Below, one piece after another: positions 29,241 to 39,600 of a stretch of 64,000 nucleotides of DNA (the first letter of the stretch is position 1; every line of letters begins with the position of its first letter). A model generated the notes under the pieces. It made no database searches and had not been told where the DNA came from. It saw nothing but the letters and a program-made list of their open reading frames with translations. The stretch covers positions 333,585 through 397,584 of the forward strand of contig CAVTKS010000007.1 in NCBI GenBank assembly GCA_963735375.1. The letters are read 5' to 3'. Made by a program: the position numbers and the translations under genes. Source of the stretch: an uncultured Acidimicrobiales bacterium. GTDB lineage: Bacteria; Actinomycetota; Acidimicrobiia; Acidimicrobiales; VFJN01.

Positions 29241-30233
29241 GCCCGCCCACCCCACCGGCCGTCGTCGCCTCCGGCCCGGCGCCTGGCGCCCCAAACGCCG
29301 CCGAGGTCGTCCGCCGCCTCGACCTCGCCCTGGCGCGGCGAGTCGACGGCCTCCTCCACGGCGACCACGCCGGACGGGTTCCCGGACTCGGCAGCGAGGC
29401 CGGCGAGTCCCGCCTCTACGCCCCCGGCGACGATCCCCGCCGCATCGACTGGAACGTCACGGCCCGGTCGCAGGCGCCCCACGTCCGCGACGCCGTCGCC
29501 GAGCGGGAGGTCGAGTCGTGGCTGGTCGTCGACCTGTCCGCGTCGACCGACTTCGGCACGGCGCGCTGCACCAAGCGCGACCTGGTCCTGGCGACCGCCG
29601 GCGCCTTCGCGCTGCTCGCGTCGCGCTGCGGCGACCGCGTGCGGCGCGCACGTGCTCACCCACGACGGCATCGCCACCTTCCCCGCGCGGTCGGGTGGCG
29701 TGCAGGCCCGGGCGTTGATCGATGCGATCGCACGGGCCCCTCGCCCTGACCCCAGGGCACGCCCGGACCGCAAGGGGCCCGACCTCGGCGACGCGCTCGA
29801 GCGGCTGTCCCGCCAGACCCGGCGGCGCGGCTTGGCGGTGGTGGTGTCCGACTTCCCGGGACCCGGCGCCTGGGTGCCCGCGATGCGATCGGTCGCCACC
29901 CGCCACGAGGCGCTGGCCGTCGAGGTGCTCGATCCCCGCGAGCTCGACCTGCCCGACGTGGGCCTGCTCGTCGTGGCCGACGCCGAGACAGGCGAGGAGC
30001 GCGAGGTCCGCACCAACGACGCCGGCCTGCGCCGGCGCTACGCCGAGACCGCCCGCGCCCGGCGCGCGGCCACCGCGGCGGCCCTGCGTGAGCGGGCCGT
30101 CGATCACCTGGTGCTCCGCACCGACCGTGACGCCACCGCCGACCTGGTGGCGTGGATCGCCCAGCGGCCACGCCGCATGGCGCAGCTCCGACGGCAGCAG
30201 ATGGTCGGTACCGGACGCGGAGGACGGTCATGA
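29237..30233 (+). pseudogene. DUF58 (MoxR-associated, VWA-like) protein, frame broken by an extra C at about 29642
   Basis: Frame 1 reads ...YAPGDDPRRIDWNVTARS...LLASRCGDRV. The +1 frame continues GAHVLTHDGIATFPARSGGVQARALIDAI...AVVVSDF. The GTG at 29237 overlaps the moxR stop. Confidence 0.8.
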
Positions 30234-31181
30234 GGTTCCTGGTCGAGTGGCGGTTGTTCCTGCTCGTCGGTGTCGGCGCGATGGCCGGATCGTGGGTGGC
30301 GGTCGCCCTACAGCGCCGCCGGCACGTGGTGCGGTTCACCAACGTCGAACTGCTCGACGTGGTGGCGCCCCGCGAGCCGGGCTGGCGCCGGCACGTGCCT
30401 GCGGTCCTGTTCCTGGTGGCGCTGGCTGCCCTTGTGGTCGGCTTCGCCAAGCCCGTGCGGGCGACCCGCGTGAGCGAGGAGCGGGCCACGGTCGTCCTCG
30501 CCATCGACACGTCGCTGTCGATGGAGGCCGACGATGTCGCGCCCCTCGCGGCTCGAGGTCGCCCAGGAGGCGGCGCGCACGTTCGTGGCGGACCTGCCCG
30601 ACGAGCTGTCCGTCGGGCTCGTGACCTTCAACGGCTCGACCACCATCGCCGTCCCGCCCAGCCAGGATCGTGAGGCCCTGGTCGCCGGCATCGACGCCAT
30701 CGAGCTGGGCGAGGGCACGGCCATCGGGGAGGCGATCTTCACCTCGCTGGAGGCCGTCGAGGCCGCGCCGCGGGGCGACGACGACGAGCCCGCACCCGCC
30801 CGCATCGTGGTCATGTCCGACGGTGAGACGACGATGGGACGCGACGACGCCGACGGGGCGGCGGCTGCCGGCGACGCCGGCGTGCCGGTCGACACCATCG
30901 CCTTCGGCACCCCGGACGGCACGATCGTCGGCGAGCTCGGCGACGCCCAGCCGGTGCCCGTCGCGCCGGAACCGCTGGCCGAGATCGCAGCGTCGACGGG
31001 GGGCACCGCCTTCGAGGCCGAGTCGCTCGACGAGCTCAGCATGGCGTACACCGACATCGGCAGCGTGGTCGGCTACGAGGACGCCGAGAAGGACGTCAGC
31101 GGGTGGTTCGTCGGCAGTGGCCTGGCCCTGCTGGCGCTGGCCGGATCGTCATCCCTCCTCTGGTCACAGCGCCTGCCGTGA
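30230..31181 (+). pseudogene. VWA-domain membrane protein (BatA-like), frame broken in a CCCC run at 30542-30545
   Basis: Frame 1 reads MRFLVEWRLFLLVG...ATVVLAIDTSLSMEADDVAP. The +1 frame continues SRLEVAQEAARTFVADLPDELSVGLVTFNGS...IVVMSDGETT...FGTPDG. GGAGGA lies upstream and there is an ATGA overlap with the DUF58 stop. Confidence 0.8.
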
Positions 31182-31358
31182 CGCCTCAGGACGGTGCTCC
31201 GCGCCGGAGCGCCGGCCGCAGGCGCATCGCCATCCGCTCCGGCAACGCGGCATCGGTGACGTCAGGGTGAACTCTGCCCGACCAGCCGGTGTTGGGCGGG
31301 TGGCGGGGCGCCGAAACCTCACGCGGCGCGGCCTCGTGGGCTTGATCCGTCGGCACGG

Positions 31359-33431
31359 GTGACGAAGCCTCTGCGCACACAGACCGTCGCCCCCAAGGAC
31401 GGTCTGTGGCTGGGAGCCATGCGACGCGCCGTCTCGATCCGAACCAAGCTCGTCTCTCTGGTCGCCGCCCCTCTGGTCGCGCTCGCGCTCCTCGCGGGCC
31501 TGGGGGTGCGCTGGTCGTCCGACGCCGCCGCCCGCAGCAGCGCCGCGGCCCGCACGACCGAGGTCGCGTTGGCGTCGACCACAGCCGCGCTCGACGCATC
31601 CCGCGAGCGTGGGCTCGCGATGGCCGTGCTGGCCGACAACGCCGACCGCGAGGGCGCCGAGGCCGGCGACGGCACCGAGCTGCGGTTCCAGCGCGGCCAG
31701 ACCGACGTGGCGTTGGACCGGCTCGACGCCACGATCGCCGACTCGGGCGACGGGTTCGGTGTGGCGCTGGTCGTCGACGACGTCCGCGTCCGCCTCGGCG
31801 ATCTCCGCGAGCAGGTCGACGGCGCCCGGACCACCGTCGACGCCGTCCTGGCCGAGTACACGACGGTGGTCGACCGGTTGCTGCAATCCGTCGACGCCGA
31901 CATCGCCGCCATCGGGGACGCCGACCTGCTGGCGACGGCGCAGTCGTACGGCGCGCTGGTCCGAGCGACCGAAGCCGTCGCTCTGCAACAGACGCTGCTC
32001 ATGTCGGCGTTCGCCCGCGGCCGGCTCGACCCGGCGGTGCACGAGCGGATGGTCGGCACGGTGGCGACGGAGCAGCTGTGGCGCCGCCAGTTCGAGCATG
32101 GCGCGACCGCGACCCAGGTCGAGGACTACACGGCGGCGCTCCAGTCCCCGTCCGTCGACGCCGCCGACCGGGTGCGCGGCGACGCTCTCGCGTTGGGGCC
32201 GAACGGCGTGGTGCCCGACGACGGTGACCTGTGGTTCAGCGCGATGACCCGCAAGGTCGACCTGCTCGACACCGCCGCCGACGACATCGCGTCGGACCTC
32301 GCTGCCCAGGCCGACGCCCACCGACGCGCCAGCGACCGCCAACGCAACCTCCTCCTCGGCCTGGGCGTCACCGCCCTCGTGTTGATCGGGGGGCTGCTGG
32401 CGCTGCTGCACCGCATCGTCATCCGGCCCATCCGCAGGCTGACGGCCGCGGCGCACGACGTCGCCACCGACGCGCTCCCGCGGGCGGTCGCCGTGGCGCA
32501 CAGCCACGGGCCCGAGGCGGCCTACAACGTCGCCAAGCCGCTCGTGGCACCGGCCGACGACGAGCTGGGCGAGCTCACCGAAGCGTTCAACGCCGTGCAG
32601 CGCACCGCCGTCGCGCTCGCCGCCGAGCAGGCATCGCTCCGCCGCAACGTCAGCGATGTGTTCGTCAACCTCGGCCGGCGCACGCAGAACCTGATCACGC
32701 GGCAGCTCGACCACATCGACCACCTCGAGGCCCGGACCGACGACCCGGACGGACTGGCCGACCTCTTCCTGCTCGACCACCTCGCAACCCGCATGCGCCG
32801 CAACGCCGAGAACATGCTGGTCCTCGCCGGTGCCGAGTCGCCCCGGCCCTGGGCGCGCCCGGTGTCGATCGTCAACGTCGTCCGGGCCGCGCTCGCCGAG
32901 TCGACCGACTACTCGCGGGTCGACATCGAACGCCTCGCGCCCGTCGGCGTGCTCGGCGCCGCGGTCAGCGACGTGTCGCACCTGCTCGCCGAGCTGGTCG
33001 ACAACGCCCTCGCCTTCTCGCCCCCGACCGAGCGGGTGTCGATCAGCGGGCGGTGGACGGTCGACGGGCGCTACGGGCTCGCAATCGCCGACGCCGGGCT
33101 CGGCATGCCGCCGGACCGGCTCGCCGCCGCCAACGCCCGCATCAGCGATCCTCCCGTCGACGACTTCGCCGTGTCCCGGTTCCTGGGCCTGTACGTCGTG
33201 GGACGCCTCGCCGCCCGCCACGGCGCGGCCGTGACCCTCGCCCACTCGCCGCTCGGCGGCATCACCGCTCACGTTCTGCTGCCGGCACGCCTCATCGTCG
33301 CCGCCACCGGGTCCGGCCCGGCGGGGACTGCCCTCTCCCCGACGACGACGTCCGGCCCGCCCGCACCACCCTCACCGTCGCCCGCCTACGTCCCGGCACC
33401 TACTCCCGCCGGCGGCGCACCCGATGGCTGA
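31359..33431 (+). CDS. Conservon CvnA-like sensor: NIT (nitrate/nitrite-sensing-type) + HAMP + HATPase_c
   Basis: N-terminal TM (LVSLVAAPLVALALLAGLGV), a long helical sensor region, a second TM plus HAMP (IRPIRRLTAAAHDV), then the ATPase (HLLAELVDNALAFSPP...IADAGLGMPPDRL...GLYVVGRLAARHG). An alternative ATG at 31419 is possible. Confidence 0.75.
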   Translation: MTKPLRTQTVAPKDGLWLGAMRRAVSIRTKLVSLVAAPLVALALLAGLGVRWSSDAAARSSAAARTTEVALASTTAALDASRERGLAMAVLADNADREGAEAGDGTELRFQRGQTDVALDRLDATIADSGDGFGVALVVDDVRVRLGDLREQVDGARTTVDAVLAEYTTVVDRLLQSVDADIAAIGDADLLATAQSYGALVRATEAVALQQTLLMSAFARGRLDPAVHERMVGTVATEQLWRRQFEHGATATQVEDYTAALQSPSVDAADRVRGDALALGPNGVVPDDGDLWFSAMTRKVDLLDTAADDIASDLAAQADAHRRASDRQRNLLLGLGVTALVLIGGLLALLHRIVIRPIRRLTAAAHDVATDALPRAVAVAHSHGPEAAYNVAKPLVAPADDELGELTEAFNAVQRTAVALAAEQASLRRNVSDVFVNLGRRTQNLITRQLDHIDHLEARTDDPDGLADLFLLDHLATRMRRNAENMLVLAGAESPRPWARPVSIVNVVRAALAESTDYSRVDIERLAPVGVLGAAVSDVSHLLAELVDNALAFSPPTERVSISGRWTVDGRYGLAIADAGLGMPPDRLAAANARISDPPVDDFAVSRFLGLYVVGRLAARHGAAVTLAHSPLGGITAHVLLPARLIVAATGSGPAGTALSPTTTSGPPAPPSPSPAYVPAPTPAGGAPDG

Positions 33432-33801
33432 TCCGCCGCTGTCGGACGATGCCTGGGAGCTCGACGCCGGCATCGTCCGCCCCTACCTGTTCACCGGCGG
33501 GCGCACCCGGCCGACCCGGGCGACCGCCCTTCCCATCGAGGCGATGCTCACCTCGACGCGCCTGGCCCGCGCCACGGCGTCCACGCTGCCGGGCGAGCAG
33601 CGCCAGATCGTCGAGCGTTGCGCTGCGCCCCACTCGGTCGCCGAGGTCGCGGCGGCGCTGCGCACGCCACTGGGGGTCGTGCGCGTGCTGGTCACCGACC
33701 TCTACACGGCCGGCCTGATCGACGTGCACGAGACGAGCGGCCCCGGCGACGACATCGTCCTGCTCCAGCGGCTGATCACCCGGGTGAAGGCCATCGCCTG
33801 A
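33424..33801 (+). CDS. DUF742 protein (conservon CvnC-like)
   Basis: Protein reads VRPYLFTGGRTRP...EQRQIVERCAAPHSVAEVAAALRTPLGVVRVLVTDLYTAGLIDVHE. It overlaps the end of the CvnA-like gene by 8 nt. Confidence 0.75.
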   Translation: MADPPLSDDAWELDAGIVRPYLFTGGRTRPTRATALPIEAMLTSTRLARATASTLPGEQRQIVERCAAPHSVAEVAAALRTPLGVVRVLVTDLYTAGLIDVHETSGPGDDIVLLQRLITRVKAIA

Positions 33802-33922
33802 CGGACGCGGGAAGCACGGCACGACCCCTCCGTCGACACCTGGACCGTGACGACCCTCGCCCTGGATCGGGGCGGTACAGTCCGCCGCGCCCGTCGAACG
33901 ACGCGGCGGAACGGGGGGCGAC

Positions 33923-36586
33923 GTGGGGACGGTCCGCAAGACGGCGGCAGTGCTGACGGCGGTCATCGGCGCGCTCGCTGCGGTGCACCCCGCGGGCGCT
34001 CAGCAGCCCGACCCTGAACCACCGTCCATCACGGTGGCCATCTCGCCCGCGGAGGGCCTCGTCGACGACCAGGAGGTGACCGTCACCGGAACGTCGACGG
34101 GCACCGAGTGGGTGCAGATCTCGCAGTGCGCCGCGGACGTGGCGACCACGTCGGTCTGCGACTCCGACTACGGCTCGTGGGTCGAGACGCAACCGGACGG
34201 CTCGTACAGCACCCGGCTCACCGTGAAGATGGTGATGCGCACGGAGGCGGGTCGGGACGTCGACTGCCGGCAGGGTGACGGGTGCGTGGTCGTCGCCATC
34301 GGCGAGGAGTCCGACCTGCGGGACGCGGCCACCGCTCCCCTGGTCTTCGCCCCCGGCGCCGAGCCGCGTCCTGCGCCGACGATGGCCGTCGACCCCGCGG
34401 TCGGCCTCGTCGACGGCCAGCGGCTCACCGTCACCGGCAGCGGCTTCTCCCCCGGCTACCTCGCGCTGTTCCAGTGCGCCCCGGGCCCGGACCTGGCGTG
34501 CCGGTTCCTCGACGATGCCCAGGCCGCGGCGGACGGCACGCTGGCGACCACCGCGGTCGTCTCGGCGCGGGTGGTGTCCTGGTCCAGCGAGCCGGTCGAC
34601 TGCCGCTCGGCGCTACCACGCTGCGAGCTGGTCGCCACGCCGGCCGGCCTGCAGTCGTCGCGCGCCGCCCGTGCCGAGCTGGCGTTCGATCCAGACGGCC
34701 CGCTGCCGCCCCCGCCCGCCATCACCGTCGGTCCGACGGCCGACATCGTCGATCCGGCGCCGGTCACCGTGGCGGGGACGGACTTCACCCGCGACGGCTC
34801 CGTGAGCGTCGCCCTGTGCCGCGATGACGGCCCCGACAGCTGGGCGTGCGAGGCCGAGACCACGATCTTCACGTCGGCGGACTCGACCGGGGCGTTCACC
34901 GCCTCCCTCGACATCGCCTCCACGTTCGGTTCCGGAGACCTCACCAACGAGCTGATCGACTGCCGCCAGCCGCCCGGCTGCGCTGTCGTCGCCCGCGACG
35001 ACGAGACGGGCGTGTCAGCGAGGGTGCCTGTGACGTTCGGCGCACTCGCCCCCGGCCGGGGCCGCTACCTCGACCCCGTGTTCGCGGCGGTCGACATCAC
35101 CCACGACGTGGTCTACCGGCAGACCACCCGGCACGACGGCACCGCTGTCGACCTGCGGATGGACATCTTTCAGCCCGCAGGCGACACGGCGACGGAGCGC
35201 CCGGTCGTGATGGGAATGCACGGCGGCTTCTTCATCTTCGGCGACGAGAACCAGTTGGCGGCGTCATCGTTCGAGTACGCCAGGCGGGGCTACGTGGCGG
35301 TGTCAATCTCCTACCGCTTGCGGCCCGACATGAGCGTCTCGGACGTCGCCGGCCAGGTCGCGGCGTCGTACGACGCCTACGACGACGCTCTGGCCGCGGT
35401 GCAGTGGTTGCGCGACAACGCCGCGGAGTACCGCATCGACCCGGATGCGATCGCTGCGGGCGGCTACTCGGCGGGCGGCGCCCTCGCCTTCCACTTCGCC
35501 TACATGCCCGGCCAGTACGGCCCCGACACCCCGGCGGTCGCGGCCGCGCTGCCCATGGCCGGGGCCAACATCGGCGTGCCCGAGCCGGGCGAACCGCCGG
35601 TGCTCGCGCAGCACGGCGTCGACGACCCGCTGCTCTCCATCGCCAACCCCCGCGACGCGTGTGCCCGGGCGACCCAGGTCGGCAACGTGTGCGAGCTGGT
35701 GGAGTACCCCGACGAGGGGCACATCATCTCGCAACGCCGCGACCTGCTCTCCCGTGCCGTGGACTTCCTGGCCGAGCACATGCTGACCCCGCGCGGGTAC
35801 TTCGACGCCCCGACCGCCCATGGCGGCCCCGACGTGACGGTCACCGAGGGCGCGTCGGTCGCGCTCGGGGGCAGCGCTTCGCCCGACGCCGGCGACGACG
35901 CGCTCACCTACTCCTGGCAGCCGGCCGACCGCCTCGACGACCCCACCTCGCCGACGCCGACGTACACGGCGGTGGACGACGGGGCCGAGGTGCTGACCGT
36001 CACGGTCGCCGGCGCCCACGGCACCTCCGCCTCGGACCAGGTGATGGTGACCACGACCAACGCCGCGCCCGTCGTCGCGGCGGTCACGCCGGCGAACGCG
36101 CCAGGGTCGTCCGACCTCGCCCTCGCTGTCGATGTGACCGATCCCGGCGCCGCCGACACGCACACGGTGGCGGTCGACTGGGGCGACGGCACGGTCGACG
36201 CCGTGGCCCCCGACCCGGCGCACACCTACGCCGAGCCGGGGCGCTACGACGTGGCGGTGACGGTCACCGACGACGATGGCGGCACCGCGACGTGGGCCCG
36301 ACGCGTGGTGGTCGGCTGCACCAGGGTCGGCACGGAGGGCGACGACCTCCTGATCGGGCTCTGGCGCGACGACGTCATCTGCGGCCTCGGCGGCGACGAC
36401 CTCGTCATCGACCTCGCGGGCGATGACCAGGTCTACGGCGGTGCAGGCGACGACTGGATCCACGGCGGCCGCGGCGACGACCTGCTGGTCGGCGGCGAAG
36501 GGCGTGACCGGGCATGGGGTGGCGCCGGCCGCGACACCTGCACCGCGGAGACCACCCACTCCTGCTCGCCGGAGCGCCCACGCTGA
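33923..36586 (+). CDS. Secreted multidomain protein: 3 neocarzinostatin-like Ig repeats + HSL-type esterase + PKD + Ca-binding (RTX-like) repeats
   Basis: Signal peptide TAAVLTAVIGALAAVHPAGAQ. Three ~105-aa Cys-paired repeats (ITVAISPAEGLVDDQEVTVTG.., MAVDPAVGLVDGQRLTVTG.., ITVGPTADIVDPAPVTVAG..). Esterase motifs MHGGFF, GGYSAGG and EGH. PKD-like VDWGDGT...YAEPGRYDVAVTVTDDDG. GDD-rich nonapeptide-like repeats at the C-terminus. Confidence 0.8.
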   Translation: MGTVRKTAAVLTAVIGALAAVHPAGAQQPDPEPPSITVAISPAEGLVDDQEVTVTGTSTGTEWVQISQCAADVATTSVCDSDYGSWVETQPDGSYSTRLTVKMVMRTEAGRDVDCRQGDGCVVVAIGEESDLRDAATAPLVFAPGAEPRPAPTMAVDPAVGLVDGQRLTVTGSGFSPGYLALFQCAPGPDLACRFLDDAQAAADGTLATTAVVSARVVSWSSEPVDCRSALPRCELVATPAGLQSSRAARAELAFDPDGPLPPPPAITVGPTADIVDPAPVTVAGTDFTRDGSVSVALCRDDGPDSWACEAETTIFTSADSTGAFTASLDIASTFGSGDLTNELIDCRQPPGCAVVARDDETGVSARVPVTFGALAPGRGRYLDPVFAAVDITHDVVYRQTTRHDGTAVDLRMDIFQPAGDTATERPVVMGMHGGFFIFGDENQLAASSFEYARRGYVAVSISYRLRPDMSVSDVAGQVAASYDAYDDALAAVQWLRDNAAEYRIDPDAIAAGGYSAGGALAFHFAYMPGQYGPDTPAVAAALPMAGANIGVPEPGEPPVLAQHGVDDPLLSIANPRDACARATQVGNVCELVEYPDEGHIISQRRDLLSRAVDFLAEHMLTPRGYFDAPTAHGGPDVTVTEGASVALGGSASPDAGDDALTYSWQPADRLDDPTSPTPTYTAVDDGAEVLTVTVAGAHGTSASDQVMVTTTNAAPVVAAVTPANAPGSSDLALAVDVTDPGAADTHTVAVDWGDGTVDAVAPDPAHTYAEPGRYDVAVTVTDDDGGTATWARRVVVGCTRVGTEGDDLLIGLWRDDVICGLGGDDLVIDLAGDDQVYGGAGDDWIHGGRGDDLLVGGEGRDRAWGGAGRDTCTAETTHSCSPERPR

Positions 36587-36610
36587 CGCTCGACCGGCTG
36601 ATCGGCCACC

Positions 36611-39600
36611 TCAGGCGCCGGCGCCGACCGTCTCGCTGACCACCCGCGACGAGCCACCCGGCTGCATCGTGACCCCGTAGAGGCAGTCGGCGGCCTCCAT
36701 CGTGCGCTTCTGGTGGCTGACGATGATGAGCTGCGCTTCCTGGCGGAACTCGGCCACCAGGTCGAGGAACCGGTGCAGGTTCACGTCGTCGAGCGCGGCC
36801 TCGACCTCGTCCATCACGTAGAACGGCGACGGCCGGCTGCGGAACACCGAGAACAGGTAGGCCAGCGCCGTCAACGACCGCTCGCCGCCCGACAGCAGCG
36901 ACAGCTTCTTGACGTTCTTGCCTGACGGCTTGGCCTCGATCTCGATGCCCGTGTTGAGCAGGTCGTCGGGGTCGGTCAGGCGCAGGCGCCCGACACCGCC
37001 AGGGAACAACGTGGCGAACAGCTGCTCGAAGTTCTCGCTCACGTCCGCGTAGGCGGCCGCGAACACCCGCACGATCTCCTCGTCGATGGCCCGAATGACC
37101 TTGTTGAGCTCGCGCCGGCTGCCCTTGACGTCGTCGAGCTGCTCGGTCAGGAAGGTGTGGCGCTCGGACAGCGCCTCGAACTCCTCGAGCGCCAGCGGGT
37201 TGACGGGCCCCATCACCCTCAGCTCGCGCTCGAGCTCCCGTACCCGCACGGTGGGTGTCATGCCGTCCGCCAACTCGGGCTGGGGCGCGGCGACGGCGGC
37301 CTCGGGCTCGACGTCGAGCTGGGTGCGGCACAGCTCGATCGCCTGCTCGAGCCGGAGGCGGACCTCGGCCTCGTCCAGCTCGATGCGCTGGAGTCGCTCG
37401 CGCTTCTCGGTCAGCGACTTCTCGGCGGCGGCCCGCTCGCGCCGCTGGGCGTCGAGCTGCGCCGACAGCGTGCGCTGGGCGGCCGTCTCGCGCTGGCGGC
37501 GTTCCTGCATCTCGGCCAGGTGTTCCTCGACGAGCGCCAACCTGTCGCCGACGAAGGCCGAGAGCCGGTCGAGCGCCCGCTCGGCGGTGTCGAGCTCACC
37601 CCGGCGCTCCTCGGCCTGGCGACGCGCCTCGACCGAACCGGCCAGCCGCTCCTCCACCTCCGCGAGCCGGCGCTGCAGGAAGGTGTTGCGGTCGGACAGC
37701 GCGGTGCGCCGCTTGTCGAGGTCGGTGCGCCGGCCGGCGACCTGGTTGGCCTGGTCGTCGAGCCGACGCCGGGCCTCGGCCATCGCCTGGGCCCGCTGGC
37801 GCAGCGCCGTCTCCTCGGCCTCGAGTTGAGGCAGCTCGGCATCCAGCTCGGCGGCACGGTCGCGGTCGCGGGCCAGCCGCTCGGCCGTGTCACGCTGCTG
37901 CTCGGCGAGCAGGTCGAGCTCGCCGAGGGTGTCGTCGCGGTCGCGTGCGGCGCGCTCGCGCGCCTGGGTGGCCGCGGCAAGCGTGCGCTGGCGCTGGTCG
38001 AGTGCCTTGGCCGCCGCGGCCTCGGCAGAGCGCGCCTGGTCGAGCGCGGCCTTGGCCTCACGATGGTCGGCAAGCGCGGTGTCGGCGGCCGCGGACGCCG
38101 CCCCCGACCGCCCGCGCGCTTCGTCGAGTGCGGCGCCCGTCGCACCGGTGGTGGTGGTCGAGACCCGCCAGCCGCCGGTGCCGAAGCGGCCGCCGCTGCG
38201 GGTGACGACGACGGCGTCCGGGTGCGCGAGCGCGGTGTCGACGGCCTCGGTCCAGCCGCCCTCGACGGCGACGGCCGCGCCGAGCAACCCGTCGAGCAGG
38301 GCGGCGACCTCGGGACGGCGAGGGCGGACGTGGTGCAGCACGGGTTCGCCGACCGGCGGTGGGGTGCGGCGGGTGGGGGCGACGCCCATGGCGAGCACCG
38401 CGCCCGGCACGTCACCGTTGGCGAGCACCTGCAGCGCTCGACGGCCCGAGGCCACCGAGTCGACGACCACGGCGGCCAGCGCCTCGCCGCACGCGGCCTC
38501 GGCGGCGGCCTCCCACCCCGGGTCGATGTCGACCAGGTCGAGCAGGGTCCCGATCACGCCCTCGACCGCGGAGAGCCGCTCGGCCCCGGCCCGCGAGCGC
38601 GCCTCGTCAAGCGCCATGGCCAGCGCCTCGGTGCGGGCCGTCCACGTGTGGCGCTCGGCCTGGGCGGCGTCCCGTCGCTGCTCGGCAGCCTGGGCCGCTT
38701 CCTCGGACACCGCACGCCGCTGCCGGGTCGACTCGACCTCGGCCGCGAGCGCGGCTTCGTCCGCCTGCCCCTCGATCTGCCCGGTGGCCTCCGCCGCCTC
38801 GGTGTCGAGGCGCTCGAGCTTCGCCCGCAGGTTGGCGACACGGTTCTCGGCCCGCTGGGCGTCCGCGTCGGCGCGGTCAAGCACCTTGCGCAGCGTGCCC
38901 AGCTCGCCCCGCACCTCGGACGCCCGGCCCGACGGCGACGGCACGCCCTCGCCCCACTCGGCGTCGAAGGCCGCCCGGGCCTCGGCGAGCACCGACTCGG
39001 CGGCGGTCAGCGCCTCGGCATCGGGGATCAGCCCCTCCGACTCACCGGCCAGCCCGGCGATGTCGGCGGTCAGGCGGGCGGCGTCGGACTCGAGGCTGGC
39101 GATGACCCCTTGGTCGACGAACGCCGCCCGCTCCCGGTCGACGCCGCGGCGGCGCTCGGTCAGCAGGGCGAGCTGGCCCCGGGCCTTCTCGCGAAGGCCC
39201 TGCACCTGCACCAGCGCATCGCCGACCTCGCTGCCCCCCAGCGTCGCCAGCTCGGCCTCCGCGGCCATCACCGCGATGTCGAGGTCGGTCAGCCGGCGCT
39301 TGAGCAGCGTCTCCTCGTTGCGCAGCTCGGCCTTCGCCGCGGTGCTGTCGCCCAGGCGGCGCTTGAGCGTCGTCAGCTCGCGTCCGGCGACGAACACGTG
39401 GAGCGCCTGCAGCTCGGTGACGAGGTCGCCGTGGCGGCGGGCGGCGTCGGCCTGTCGCTCGAGCGGGCGGAGCTGGCGTCGCACCTCGCGCAGCAGGTCG
39501 CCCAGGCGGGTGAGGTTGCCCTCGGTCGCCGTCAGCCGACGCTCGGACCGCTCCTTGCGCTTGCGGTGCTTGAGCACGCCGGCGGCTTCTTCGATGATGA

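Noticed and set aside
28110-31181. MoxR-DUF58-VWA operon as a candidate novel defence or stress system.
   Set aside because: This three-gene arrangement (MoxR ATPase, DUF58, BatA-like VWA) is widespread and already described. Only the frameshifts are unusual.
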